From Malacoraja senta (Eukaryota): a stretch of DNA of 64,000 nt. Made by a program: the position numbers and the translations under genes. Under the pieces are notes generated by a model, which worked only from the letters and a program-made list of their open reading frames with translations, was not told where the DNA came from and did no database searches. The DNA lies in contig CM075978.1 of NCBI GenBank assembly GCA_038087875.1, positions 162,254,001 to 162,318,000 of the forward strand. Reading direction: 5' to 3'. Positions 1-13,019 of the stretch are shown piece by piece; position 1 is the stretch's first letter; each line of letters begins with the position of its first letter.

Positions 1-214
1 CAGCCCACCAAATTACCAAACAACTCATTACATTGTCATAAGGGCTAACACATCATTTATTGCAAGTACATTGCAGACTCACAGTTCAGTTGATTCACAG
101 CTTAGAATCACAGTTGTGGACTCTCCATCGCGATCTTCCAGAGTGACTGACTCACATCCAGGCATCCGGGGTTTTATAGTCCTGCTAGTACAGGCCTAAT
201 CAAATGGGTATAGG

Positions 215-630
215 ACTGGAGCCATATATATGCCTAGACTGGAGTTGGATGCACTGGAGGTGGTCTTGGAGGGGAGGATGCTCGTCAAACTGTGGAGCAT
301 TTTGGACAATACAGTTCACCCCCTCCATGACACACTGGTCAACCTGAGGAGCATCTTCAGCAACAGACGTTCCACCAAGTTTCCATTCCAGAACGGTATA
401 AGAGATCCTTTTTCCCTGTGGCTATCAAACTGTACAACTCCTCCCCCTTCTGCAATGGGGTAGACTGACTCCCCCCCCCCCCCCTCCCCAATCTTTGCAC
501 ATTCCCAATCCTGGACTTTCCACTCATCTCTTTAATTTAATGTTTCATGAATCTTGTTGTGTTTCATGACTGTTGCATTTTCCCAATTTCCCTCCTGGGA
601 TAAATAAAGTTCTATTGTATCGTATCGTAA
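215..630 (+). mobile_element. Rex1/Babar-type non-LTR retrotransposon, 3' end
   Basis: ORF 230-463 reads LDALEVVLEGRMLVKLWSILDNTVHPLHDTL, followed in another frame by RSFFPVAIKLYNS, typical of the Rex1 RT C-terminus; ends in AATAAA plus a (TATCG)n tail. Confidence 0.8.
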
Positions 631-1082
631 GGATTATTTATTTCTTCTAAATAATTGGGTTTAATGACAAACTGCCAACTCCATGATCACTTTTACACTT
701 ACCAACTTAATTCGACTGAATTCAAAATATCAAACTGCTTTTGTATAATTCCAACTCAAGTTGTCATGATTACTTACCCAGCAGCATAACTAATATACTA
801 CTGTACTCTGTACTGTGTGAAGAAGTAGGTTCATGGACCACACAAATAATAAAGTAATTTATAAATCACTAAATTACCCTCTGGCTGAGGCCCCACATAT
901 GGTTGGCACAAACCCAATAGACCTGACGCTAATCCACTATTGCACCCAGCTTTTGCTATTCAGGAAAGTAGTTAATGGAAACAGTTAATCACACAATCTT
1001 GGAATGAAACTTCACTGCAGACTACTTTTAATGTGACCACAATAAACCAGATAATTTTAAAATAATCCAACCAAATGCTTCG

Positions 1083-1286
1083 GAAGGAACTGCAGATGCT
1101 GATTTAAACAGCAGATAGACACAAAAAGCTGGAGTAACTCCGTGAGTCAAACAGCATCTCTGGAGATGGTGTTTGACGTTTCGGGTCGAGGCCAAAGGGT
1201 CTCGACCCAAAACATCACCTATTCCTTTTCTCCAGAGATGCTGTCTGACCAGCTGAGTTACTCCAGCTTTTTGGTATATCTTCAGA
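1083..1286. mobile_element. Fold-back (inverted) Penelope-like element 3' end
   Basis: Arms aaaaagctggagtaactc...cagcatctctggaga and tctccagagatgctg...gagttactccagcttttt flank two truncated hammerhead halves. Confidence 0.8.
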
Positions 1287-2799
1287 CCAAATGCCTATTT
1301 GTGCAATGTTCATTGATGAGAAACTACAGTTGGAAAACAATGAATTGGGATACTGTTTGCTTCACCCATGGGAAAAAAAAGCATTCCTGGTGAAGTGTTA
1401 TTCGTGAATGGCTGTCTATTTAGGCCAATTTGTATTTCACAAATACAGTAATCAAAAATCCACACGAGAAAACTGCTCATATATCCAGTTGATAATTTCA
1501 CATTTCTGATCATGTGTTTAATAATTAACACAACATAAACTTAACATTGCAAACTCAAGGGGTACGATCATTATCTTCCTTGATATTACAGACTAAACTA
1601 AAAACTAAAATTGGAAATAAGCCACTTTCCATTCTTTATTATTTATTTAATTACCATTTAAGTAATTTGATGATAAAGCAGCTGGGATCAGCCAAATATA
1701 GTATTTTGATGGTGTCTTTGAAATTTTTACAAACAGATACATTTGCAAAGGCCTGCACCAGCTTTGATCTCATATGCTTAATGATGCAAAGCATTTTTAT
1801 AAAAAATATATATCTAAGGGTGATGAAGAAAAATGGGATCAAGAGGGCAATGGTAGGTAGCCAAGAGTTCATGCACTCAACACATGTGTCTAGCATGAAA
1901 ATAATTTAGCTTCAAAGTCAGATCAATTTAAATCCATACTCCAGTGTACATAATAGTCACTGTACCAATAGTCATTGCACTAAACACAAAAAGTGCAAAG
2001 TACCCGGTGACTGGATTTTACTCTCAATAATCTGAAGCAAATCAAATACACATCCAAAAAAAAAATCACAGACCTCTGAGCATGGAATCCATTTCATCTA
2101 TTGTAATTGGATAACTGGGTTTATGTTATAAAAACTCCATTAGTTTAACAAAAAATATATAGACTAAAATCCAAACTGTATTGATTCAGTTATTTATTAC
2201 CATTTTCTTTCAGTCAGTGGTCTTTATTCAGCATAGGTCATTTCTGGTGTCCATTACAATTTTGTACAATGTATTTTGTTAATTAGTTGGATGATGCAAC
2301 ATGAGGTATGGGGATGGCCTTGCAAATGTTAGATAAGATATCTGACGTAATAATGTTTGAGGAGCCAAATGCATTTGAAGGTGAATGTTGCAACTTGAAG
2401 GTGAGAGTTGTACATTTGGCTCAAGAGATCCCAGTTGGCCTGTCTCTCTCTCAACGGCCATGGGATGCTTTAAAATGAAATAATATTGAACCAAGAGGGG
2501 GAAAAAATGGAGACTCTTCTTAGAGATGTGCCGTTTAATCCAATGACAATGAGAGAATGATAGATATATAAAACAGAATTGCAACTCAACTACTAACTGT
2601 AACCCTTGCATCTCGGCAGGGTTCTGATTGTTTTCATTTTGCTACAATTAGTACCATGGAAAATGTATTATATTTAGTTAAGCAGAGTATAATTATACTG
2701 TCAGTGTGCAGCAGAGCACCTATTTTATAAGCTGACGAAGCTCTTGTTATTGTCGTTCTGTTTTATTTACATACTATGTTCAGAAACACTTGAAAAAAA

Positions 2800-2975
2800 A
2801 GCTCTTTCCCAGCTTTCTCCTCCTGCTGCAATCAGTCTGAAAAAGGTTTCTGACCCGAAATGTCACCTATCCATAGGGCCAGGCAGTATCTATTCCCTCC
2901 ATAGATGCTGCTTGACCCACAAAGTTCCTCCCGCACCTTGTGTTTTCCTCACGATTTCAGCATCTACAGTTCCTT
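2800..2975 (+). mobile_element. Penelope-like 3' end with degenerate hammerhead
   Basis: cagtctgaaaaaggtttctgacccgaaatgtcacctatcc...gcatctacagttcc matches the other copies in the window. Confidence 0.7.
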
Positions 2976-4967
2976 CAAAAACACTCTTTTTTATTACATA
3001 CTAACTTTTCTTTAACTGTCAACTGCAAACATTTCACCTTTTAGCTGTTGCAATCAGTTACCCGAACACAATCTGATTCTTGGAGTTTTTTAACTTTGGC
3101 CTCTTATATTTGGACCTCAGAGGTAATGTGATTATAAACATCAAGTACAGCTGGATTTCACTTCAATGTAGACAGACCATGAGAGTTCAAATGTTTGAAA
3201 AATGTTCCTGTCATCAGTAGGAAGAAAACTCCAGATATTGCAATGTTCAGGAGAAAGAGATTTGTTTTTATGAAGAGTAATGGTAAATAGCTGGGGATCA
3301 AGTGAGAAACAACTTGTTCAATTCTCAGAGAAGAAAGATTTGCAATTAAAATGCAATAATGAAATCTGAATTTTGTCAGCCACCCTTTGAACTTATGATT
3401 TTCTGTTACTTGGTGACAAGTAAATATTGTTTTTATGCAAAACCTAAGGTGCATTTCAATCAATGTTGTTAGTCTGATGATGGCCTTTATAAGGCAGCAA
3501 TCCTAATGTTTTAGTGCAGTCATTAAAAATGTTTCCAAGTTTGAACATTTTTGCATAAACAGATCAGTATTGATTTCAAAAAATATGATGGCTGAACTAG
3601 CTGACTCTACTCTTCCTGGAGTCAATTAAATGTCATTATAAGAACATATTTCTAAAATCAGCTGAAGAAAACAGATTACTTGCTGTTGGAGAGGGCCAAA
3701 TTGTTTCCCACAGAACCAAAATCCAACCAAAATCAAGAGTCAAATCCAGGTCTGAGTCAGTCAAATTGTCGTTCTATCCTCTAATTCAATGCTAAAGTCA
3801 GAATCAGCTCAGCTTCACTTTTCCACGTCGCTGTTGAAATTATGCAGTTAAAAAAAAGTGGGTCTGAAGCTTGATCTTTGCTTGGTTCTGAAAAATCTCC
3901 AAAGTTTAGCTAAATCTGGATTTTGGGCCAAGATTACTCTTATCCTCACTGGACTGATATGGACAGGTAAATTGCAAGAAAAGGGAGAAAGCACTTTCAG
4001 CTTTAAGCCTCCTTTTCAAAAGAGGTTTCAGCTCACAAGTAATTCATGGAGCTCAAGCTCAGTGACACAACTAAAGGCCAAGGAAGATCAGACCAATTGG
4101 TACTAAACACACAAAGTCAATACTGCCAGAGATTTTGTTGCACATGACAATGAAAGCATTAATGAGGAAAACATACCACTGTTCCTTGCATTAGTCACCA
4201 ATGTCTTGCTTATTGTTTCATTCTCTAGGGACTTGCTACAGAGAGAAATGCCAGCTAACCGCAATTATTCTGAAAAAATAAATATAAACATTTTAAAAAT
4301 GTATATATTAAGGCATTATCCTTGCACTAATATCTGATTTCTGCTTGTGTACCGTCAAATGAGTGGTAAACATGCCTCAAAATTGAAAATACAGAAATAC
4401 TACAATTTAGCAATATTTTCCACATCTATGGTAGTACTTAGTGTTTTCTGGAAAAGTTGAGCCAACTGTCATGTGTTGCAAAGAGTTTTTAGAAGAGGGA
4501 ACTTCCTTTCTGGAAGTTTACGCTAAATTATCATTAAGTAACTTTAAAAAGTGAAAAAATGAAGAACGTTGTTGGATTATTTACTTATTGCCACCTTTGC
4601 AATTTTCATCTATAGAGTGCTTTTACGGAAATAAAATGCCCCAAACTAAATTTTACCATGAGCAAATTAGTCAATTGATCATTAGTTATTATGATCAAAG
4701 TTGTATGAAAGAGAAACTATCTTATGAACGCTGGAGAAGAACGCTACAGGTGGTCAGAATCTTAGGATTCAAGATTAGGATTGAATCTACAGCCACCTGA
4801 GGGGAAACATAGAGAAAAGGCTGGTAAAGGACACTAATATTTAAGAAAGTTAACAATTAGATCCTAGTTTGCATTTCCCAATTTAGATTGATTAATGGTT
4901 TGCCTTACAAAGATTTCCATTAAAATAAATCAGTAAATGCTTAGTGGGTCAGACAGCATTTGGGGAT

Positions 4968-5100
4968 CATAAGGTCATAAGTGATAGGAGCAGAATTAGG
5001 CCATTCGGCCCATCAGGTCTACTGCCATTCAATCATGGCTGATCTACCTCTCCCTCCTAACCCCATTCTCCTGCCTTCTCCCCATAACCCCTGACACCCG
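4968..5100 (-). mobile_element. CR1 LINE 3' tail fragment
   Basis: cataaggtcataag tail and ggccattcggcccatc...attcaatcatggctgatc, shared with the CR1 ends at 23480 and 60108. Confidence 0.8.
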
Positions 5101-5164
5101 GATATTAGAGATAAGATGAAGATAAGGTAAAGAGATAGTGAGAGGTGCAGAAAGAATAAACGAC

Positions 5165-5458
5165 CCGTGATAGAATGAAACATTATAATTGTTTTATTTA
5201 TATACATACAGAACTTATTTTTGTTGTCGATTATCTTGTTTACAGAGTACTATCTTTATATATTTATAAACAAAGAACTGTAGATGCTGGTTTACATCAA
5301 AGAAAGACACAAAGTGCTGGAGTAACTCAGCGGGTCAGGCAGCATGTCTGGAGAAAAAGGATGGGTAATGTTTCAGGTTGGGACCGTTCTACAGACAGAT
5401 TTCATTGTTCCGTTTTGGGATATACGACAATAAAACACTTTTGGCTCTTGACTCTTGA
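5165..5458 (+). mobile_element. Rex/Babar-type 3' UTR interrupted by a minus-strand Penelope-like end (about 5268-5392)
   Basis: gatttcattgtt...gacaataaaacac plus (CTCTTGA)n tail, the reverse complement of the tail at 50596; inner aactgtagatgctgg...ctggagtaactcagcggg segment. Confidence 0.65.
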
Positions 5459-6114
5459 AGGCAGCAGTGACTGGATGACAAAAGATGGAACTGGCTGAGG
5501 GAGAGTGATAAGGACAAGTTGAACAACAATTGGTAGAACTGGAAGTGTTGGAACATCATTTTCTCCTACTCACAGCTTCTCTAAACAACCACATTGTTAT
5601 TCTCACATGTCCATTCACTTGGCTCCATCATCACTTGGACTATTCTGTCTCTCTTGTCCTTCATCCTTCATCCTATCACCCTTCCTTCTGTTCTCTCGTC
5701 CCTTCACGCTTTACATTATCTCTAACTTTTCCCATTTCTGATGGACCACCTAAAACATTGACTCCTCTTTCTCTCCCTACTGTTGCCATTGCCGTTTTTA
5801 TTTGGATTTATAACATATGTAGGATTTTGCTTTGGAATGCTTGCCATTAACAGCACCCTGCTGCCACTCTTAAAAACACCAAGGAATATTATTTTGTACA
5901 AAGAGAACATAAAGGAAACAATTACATTCCAAACACTGCTTGATTGCACCAGTTAAATATTTTACTTTTGTGAATATCCAATCTAATCAACTTAATGACT
6001 TGAAGAGCAATCTCCAGTGTGATTTCAAGTGCATTTTTAGTGCAACTTCCCAATTGCACCCAAACTAGAAATTCTATCATAATTTTATCAAAAGGCAATA
6101 TGGAATACATGTTA

Positions 6115-6352
6115 AGGGCCTGTTCCACTTTCACGATCTAATTCACGACCTCTGCCGAGTTTGCCCTTGACTCATACTCGCAGCATGGTCGTCACGAGGT
6201 CGTAGGAGGTCGTAGGTAGGTCGTAGGTAGGTCGTGACGCTGGTCGTAGGTACTCGTGGCATCAAGTAGGTCGGGGCGTTTTTTCAACATGATGAAAAAT
6301 GTCCACGAGTAAAAAAGGTCGCGAATTAGGTCGTAAAAGTGGGACAGGCCCT
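6115..6352. mobile_element. PIF/Harbinger-type MITE (238 bp)
   Basis: 37-bp terminal inverted repeats AGGGCCTGT(T/C)CCACTTT... with 4 mismatches, TTA target-site duplication (6112-6114 and 6353-6355), internal GGTCGTA repeats, CpG-rich. Confidence 0.85.
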
Positions 6353-6834
6353 TTATTCAAGTTCCCAACTACACATTTTGAGGCATTCTGAGGGGAACTG
6401 TAACCAGCAGGAGGTTTATTTTTTCATCTTGATGCAAATCTTGCAAAGTGGCAATTAGTTACAAACATGGGAACGTATCTGGCCTGTGGACTTACATCCA
6501 CTGGGAACGTGATGGATATTGACACAACATATCTTAAGATCTTTAACAACTCGTCAGAATGGGAAAGAATTAGAACTCAACTTCTGTGTTTGGGTTGAAT
6601 TTCAAATGTAGGTCCCAAATGTATACAAACAAGTTAGGAATCCGTGATATTGAGTGGGATAAGCATTATTTAGCACAGGAATTTCACCAAATATGCAAAA
6701 CAATCAGCCATTTAAACTTTTACAGCAGGTTGATAAATTTCATTCACTTTTAACATTTTAATAATTAGTTTTTATTTGCAATGTGTATTTACAGACAACT
6801 GATAAAATCCAACTGTGTCTCCTCAGTGAAGCTA

Positions 6835-7030
6835 CTAAAACACGCAGATGATGGAAATCTGAAACAAAAAAAGGAAAATGCTGGAAACACTTAGCAAGTC
6901 AGGCAGCATCTATAGAAAGAGTAATAGAGTTCATGTTTAAAGTCAAAGAGTTCTGGCAAATAGTCTATGACCTAAAATGTTACCTCTATGCCACTTTCCA
7001 CAGAGGATGCCTGTTCTTAGAACTCTTCTC
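6835..7030. mobile_element. Old degenerate fold-back Penelope-like end
   Basis: gcagatgatggaaatctg...aaatgctggaaacac...ggcagcatct followed by the opposite-orientation gacctaaaatgtt...ggatgcc. Confidence 0.55.
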
Positions 7031-7471
7031 CATGCTTCTTCTCAAAAGATTTTGGATAACATAAAATGTTAGATTGCTCTAAAAGCCAATCATTTTATAT
7101 TAGAAAATATTTGTTGAAGGAACAAGAAACTCTGCGTATAGGATTGTGTATTGTTTTTGTTTGCATCGTCTGTTTTCCAGTTTTTATTTTGTCAAAATAA
7201 AAGGTGGTTGAATCCATAGTAGCACAAGGACAATCAGTTATTGTGAGCTGCTTGTACTTAATGATAGCAGAAGGAAATTGAACATTTTGCACCGTATAGA
7301 TTTTAATTCCCTGTTCATCTCTGTTTGGATAAAGTTGCCAATTGTAGGAGGGCAGTGGATGTTCGTGGCAATTAAGCACAATTGTTCAATCAATTTTTGA
7401 AAAGTGCAACATAATTCTGTCTGTCATGAGTTGTTTCCTCTCCCCCATTCCTTGAGGTGCTGACTCATGAG

Positions 7472-7790
7472 GTTTAGTTTAGCTCAGTCTAGAGATACAG
7501 TGCGGAAACAGACCCTTCGGCTCACCGAATCCACACTGCCCAGCGATCCCCGCACATTAACACTATCCTACACACACTAGGGACAATTTTACATTTATAC
7601 CAAGCCAATTAACTTACAAACCTGTACGTCTTTTGAGCGTGGGAGGAAACCAAAGATCTCTGAGAAAACCCACGCGGTCATGGGGAGAACATACCAACTC
7701 CGTACAGACAGCACCCGTGGTTGAGATCGAACCCGGGTTTGGCGCTGTTAGCGCTGTAAGGCAGCAATTCTACCGCTGCCCCACCGTGCC
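7472..7790 (-). mobile_element. HE1/V-SINE-type tRNA-derived SINE, full length
   Basis: Reverse strand: ggcacggtgg A-box region, gggttcgatc B box, central domain, CR1-like 3' end and (CTAAA)n tail. Confidence 0.9.
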
Positions 7791-8045
7791 ATCCTTGTAC
7801 AAGCATGCAAGAAATTGGAACAGGATTAGGTTCTCCAGCCTCTCCACCATTCAGTAAATTCCTGGCTGAACCTATATTTCGAACCATACGCATTGTAGTA
7901 GGAGATATGGCCACGTTTTGAAGTTAATAGTGACAATTGAAAATGAAGGGAGATTATGGGAGCCTTAGGAGACAGCAATGAGGCACAGAACTCTGAGTCA
8001 CATTAGGAAATGTGAGGGAAGATATCCAGGAAAGTGTTCAACAGT

Positions 8046-8612
8046 TTCGCAAGACTTGCTGGATATCCCAGTTGCTAACTATTCTAACTCCCCCTTTCCA
8101 TTCACATACTGATGTTTCTGTCCTTGGCCACATGCAAACTGGAGGAACAGTTCCTCATATTATGCTTGGGGACATTAAAACCCAATGATATGAATGGTGA
8201 ATTCTAAGTAATAAGCCCCCTCTCCCATATCCCTCTTTCCTGTGCCACCACCTACCCACTCCTGTGCACATCCATTCCGCCCACTATCCTGCTCCAGTTA
8301 CTCTGTTCCGATCCCCACCTCCATAGTCATCTCGCATCCCCAAGTCCCTCATTTCCCTACTATTCTTCCTCTTTCTGCGTCCCCTGTCCCTATCCACCCA
8401 TATCCCCTCCCACTCGCTTTACTTTTCACTCCTCCTCTTGCTTCCTCGTCTGACACACTTTTGTCCCCTTTTCACCTCTAGCCTTCGTCACTTATTCCAT
8501 CCATCTTCCCAATCAAGCCCCCTCACCTGTTTCCACCTCACTTGCCAAGCTTTGTCCTGCTCCCACCTCACTTTTCCTGCCTCCCACCCCCCACCCCCCA
8601 CTCCGTCAGTCA
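8046..8612 (+). mobile_element. Penelope-like element fragment: GIY-YIG C-terminus and pyrimidine-rich 3' region
   Basis: cccagttgctaac...aaactggaggaacag..ctcatatt...cccaatgatatgaat encodes a decayed PVAN..KLEEQ.LI..LG...P..MN, homologous to 29452-29620. Confidence 0.75.
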
Positions 8613-9329
8613 CAAGATGTCAATTTTAATTAGCAAAAATAAATGGAATAATAGGGAGAAGGAGAAAAAAAAGTTGCCGTTTAATGGTTGGTAGTTGTCA
8701 TGGTTAAGATGCGGTAAAAAGAATTGGCATGGATAGATATGCTTCAGTTTAAGGAAGCAGCTTGCTATTTAAAACAAATATTTTAATCTTTGAGCATATG
8801 TATTTCTAACACGTGTTAATTAAAGGGTAATCTAGAGGCAGCAGCTTTCTCAGGTCTTCTTCAGTCATCCAATATTTTAATAATAAATAGAACACTTTTT
8901 AGTGCATGAAGGACAGTAAAAATAATTCAAATATATCAAAAAATGAAACAGACTCATGCCTGGAATTTAATTTCTTACAGTTTAAGACATGGGCTGTCAT
9001 TGAAATGAGAGGTAAGTCCTGTAACATCTGTTTCGTTTTGCCAACATATAGAAGCTGCCTTATATTACCCAGAGCGTAATCCAAGATATCCAGTTAAAGA
9101 TGCATAAAATACAGGTCATAACAGAGCATTTGCAAGTTCATTTTTACAATGTAGTCTCTTCCTTTATAAAGTTGTCACAGGGTAAAATGTATCTCATATC
9201 TCAGGAAAGATTTTTGGTCCATCAAAATTTATTTTCCTATAATAAACTATGACAATGAAACAGCTTTCTGTTCATGCATCACATGTAACTTGCTTTCAGT
9301 AGTCAGCTTAAATAGCTTTTGGTATTTAT

Positions 9330-9637
9330 GGTCCTTTGTCCACTTGCGGCCAAAACATCTCCTATCCACCATCTGCTCACGTACAGTTGGCACAACATTG
9401 CATTCCTCTACCTCAGGATAATGCAACCAAGATCACGGATGTCGTCCAATGTCTCCGAATACATTTTATCTCTGTTTGCTTAGTTGTTACCTTCTCCCAG
9501 CTAACAATTCTACATTTTATTTGAACTCCATTCCCTTTGCCCTGTTTTCACACCTTCACACTCCCTTATCTATCTATCTCCCTCCCCCATGACATCAGTC
9601 TGAAGAAGGGTCTCGACCTGAAACGTGACCATAACTC
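9330..9637 (+). mobile_element. Penelope-like 3' region with hammerhead motif
   Basis: CT-rich tract then gacatcagtCTGAAGAagggtctcgacctGAAAcgtg; cleavage triplet mutated to GTG. Confidence 0.7.
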
Positions 9638-9811
9638 CTACTACAATTCCCTTGCCTCCCCAAAGTGTGCATGCAACCAACATGTTTGTAGCAAATAAAA
9701 TGATTGCAATTGTGCCTTAATGCCAAGAGAGTAGTGACACATGGGCATTTCTTTCCATCTCTGCTCAGAACCAGTTCCATGAGGAAACTATCTCATTTGT
9801 GCCACATCCAC

Positions 9812-10140
9812 AACATTGAACACGGAACATAGAAAAGTGCAGCACTGGAACAGGCCCTTCTGCCACAATGTCTGTGCCGAACATGATGCCAAGCTAAACT
9901 AATCTCCTCTGCTAGCACATGATCCATATCCCTCCATTCCCTGCGTATCAATGTGCTTCTCTAAAAGCCTTTTAAACACCATTATCTTATCTGCCTCCAC
10001 CACCCCTGGCAGCTCATTCCAGGCACCGATCCCTCATCTGTGTAAAATAACTTGACCCACATATCTTCTTTAAACTTTGCCCCTCTCACCTTGAGGCTAT
10101 GCCCTCTACGTCTTTGACAGTTTTCTACCCTGAGAAAAAA
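9812..10140 (-). mobile_element. CR1 LINE 3' fragment
   Basis: Minus ORF 9982-10173 contains RGHSLKVRGAKFK; CR1 3' tail ggaacaggccctt. Confidence 0.85.
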
Positions 10141-10254
10141 ACTTTCCATCAGCTGATGTATCTTTGCCTGCAAGCAACAAGTGAGATATTAAACTTTGAC
10201 AATCAGTATCAATGAAACCATAGAATATATCTTCAACTAATATGCCACTGGACT

Positions 10255-10478
10255 AAGCATCTAACTTCTCTAACTTCAAGTAGCCCTTGCTTTCCCTCTC
10301 TCTCCATCCCTCCCCCTTCTCCCACCAGTCTTACTGTCTCTGACTACATTCTATCTCTGTCCCACCCACTCCCCTGACATCAGTCTGAAGAAGGGTCTCG
10401 ACCCGAAATGCCACCTATTCCTTCTCTCCAGAGATGCTGCCTGACCCGCTGAGTTACTCCAGCATTTTGTGTCTATCC
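10255..10478 (+). mobile_element. Penelope-like 3' end
   Basis: ttctctaacttcaagtag (end of the GIY-YIG ORF), CT tract, hammerhead motif, then ccagagatgctgcctgacccgctgagttactccagc. Confidence 0.8.
10381..10416 (+). ncRNA. Minimal type I hammerhead ribozyme motif, decayed cleavage site
   Basis: CTGAAGA(10385)-A-GGGTC tc GACCC-GAAA-TGCC. Confidence 0.55.
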
Positions 10479-11462
10479 TCCAATGTATGATTGACTTCTA
10501 GCTGTTCATTACGCAAACAATAATTTTTTTGCATTCGTGTTCAATTATATAAACTTGCCAAAATAACAAAATGACTTCTTCCATATTTTTGTTCCTTTGC
10601 CTGAGGACTGGAGTAGCAATTGTCACCAAATTCAGATTTGTCTATAATTAGATTCCTGCCAGCTTTTTCTACTTTATTCATTCCAGTTCCAGCCTGAACT
10701 ATTTTGTTTTCCATACAACACTCACCCAGCAAGGAATTTGTATGATAAAATTGTCAGCCTTTGGTTTATTGGAACAATAATATCTCCAAACATTTTTGGC
10801 CATTAACCTTATGTACCTACTCAGTCCTACCGGTATATACTATTTATTTATTCATGGGACTATTCCATCAGTGGCAATGACAATATTTAATGATGATCGT
10901 CACTCCAGAAAGAGGTTAAACTATCTCCTTGCACCCTGTGTCCATGTGATGAAGATTCTTCCTCAGTGCTGTTAGTTGAGTACATCGTAATTTTGGCCCA
11001 ACGACAATGAATGAACAATGGTGGATTTCCTTGTCAAAATTGTTCACAAAATGGAGGGAACTAAGAGGAGGTGACGTCCCTATGTATTGACTATTATTGC
11101 TGCTCATGAATTGATAACTACTGTTAAATTGAATCGAGCAGTTTACTGTTTTGCATCTTGGAGACGGAATGACAATGCGTAACATAGCCTTGGTTAAATG
11201 GTGGTACAATGAGTGAGAGGTTTGGATTGATGGAGGGAATATCAATGGAGTGTTAACCTAAATAGAAATATTTACTTTTTAAAATAATTTCAAGAACAAA
11301 TAAGCCATGAGGTTAGAACTAAGACAAACATGTGCCAACAAGCCTGCAGTGGTAAATATATATATTTTTAAAATACTTTCCTTATAGGGCTAGAGCAGTA
11401 CAGGTTCTCTGCATCTCCCAAGAAATGGCTTGGTTCACTTTTGCTTTGGGCTTTCCTCCAAG

Positions 11463-11752
11463 GCTTTAGTTTAGAGATACAGCGCGGTACAGACCCTTCG
11501 GCCCACTGAGTCCATGCCAACCATTGATTACCCCTACACTGGTTCCATGTAATCCCAGTTTTGCATCCCATGCATTAGGGCCAATTTAGAGCAGCCAATT
11601 AACCTACAAGCCTGCATGCCTTTGGAATATGGGAGGAAATCGGAGCACCCAGAGAAAACTCACACGGTCACAGGGAGAAGATACAAACTCCATACAGACA
11701 GAGGTCTCTGGCGCTGTAAGGCAGTAACTCTACTGCTGTGCCATGGTGGTGC
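11463..11752 (-). mobile_element. HE1/V-SINE copy, internally deleted
   Basis: tttagtttagagatacagcgcgg tail through ctctactgctgtgcca..gtgcc head. Confidence 0.85.
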
Positions 11753-12119
11753 CTCTTCATTTAGACTTGATTTTCCTATTATTTACCCAAGTGGTGGATC
11801 TCAGTGCTTTGGTCTCTGCTGGTAGCCTCCTGTTGCTTGGTATTCCAGTTCCACTCATCAACCAGCCACCCCTTCCCCATCATGCTCCAGTACTCAAGAG
11901 TCACAGGTGAGGCCTAGGAGTCAATTGTTTACTGACCTCATGCTGCTGTCTTGGGAACTAAAATAGTTCATTTCTTTCCTTTCTGAGTTAAAATTGGGGC
12001 TTATCCATTCAACTTGGAGAGCATAAATCTGAAATCAAAGCTCAAAAGGATTTTAAAATATGAATGATTGAAAAAGCCACATTGTTGTGAAAATCCATCT
12101 GGTCATCTTCACAAATTCC

Positions 12120-12265
12120 ACGTTCCTTAAGTGGCTTTGGATAAATATAAATTGTCCCTAGTGTGTGTAGGATAGTGTTAATATGCAGGGATCGCTGGTC
12201 AGCTGTGGACTCAGTGAGCCAAAGGGCCTGTTTCCATGCTGTAGCTCTAAACTCTAAACTCTAAA
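12120..12265 (+). mobile_element. HE1 SINE 3' half
   Basis: aaattgtccctagtgtgtgtaggatagtgtt...gggcctgtttcc plus (CTCTAAA)n tail. Confidence 0.8.
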
Positions 12266-12477
12266 CATGACTCAAGGCCAGCCCGTCATAGAACCATTGG
12301 AACCTTATGACACAGAGGGAAACCATTCAGCCCATCCTGACTGTAACTGTTAAAAAAAAAGACCTACTCCAAAAATGACCTAAAAAAAAATGAATTCAGC
12401 TGCATCCCACCTTCTGGCACTTGGTCCACAGTCCTGCAGGTCATTGTTCTTCTAAAGCACATAAAAGATAGAACATG

Positions 12478-12808
12478 GGCAGCACTGTGGCGCAGCTAGT
12501 AGAACTACTGCCTCACAGCGCCAGAGACTTGGGTTTGATCCTGACCTCGGGTTCCACCTTTGTGAAATTTGCACATTCTCACTGTCACTGTGCGGGTTTC
12601 CTCTGAGTTTCCTCTGGTTTCCTCTGACATCCCAAAGATATGCAGGCTTGTACGTTAATTGGCCTCTGTAAATTTCCCCCAGTGTCTAGGAAGTGGATGT
12701 GAAAGTGGGAAAACGTTGAACTAGTATGAACGGGTGATCAATAGTCGCCGTGGACTCAATGGGACAAAGGCCTATTTCATTGCTGTACTTCTAAACCAAA
12801 CTAAATGA
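12478..12808 (+). mobile_element. HE1/V-SINE-type SINE, older subfamily
   Basis: gtggcgcagctagtag A box, gggtttgatcc B box, ggcctatttc..tgctgta 3' end. Confidence 0.85.
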
Positions 12809-13019
12809 AACATAGCATCATAGGAACAGACCCTTTGGACCTATCTACCTGCATGTTATCTGTATGCCTCCATACCATCCCTGCATGTTCATGATAATGC
12901 CTCTTCAATGTTACTCACTAAATGGGACAAAGTTTCTGATTCAATTGCCCTTTCAGGGTTGGTTGTAGATTCCCACAATCCTATTGAGAGCCACAAATCA
13001 AGGTGATGTTATAAAGGAC

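Noticed and set aside
34-192. Solo LTR (TG...CA ends, TATAAAA and AATAAA on minus)
   Set aside because: No target-site duplication and the TATA lies too close to the end; more likely part of an unclassified repeat
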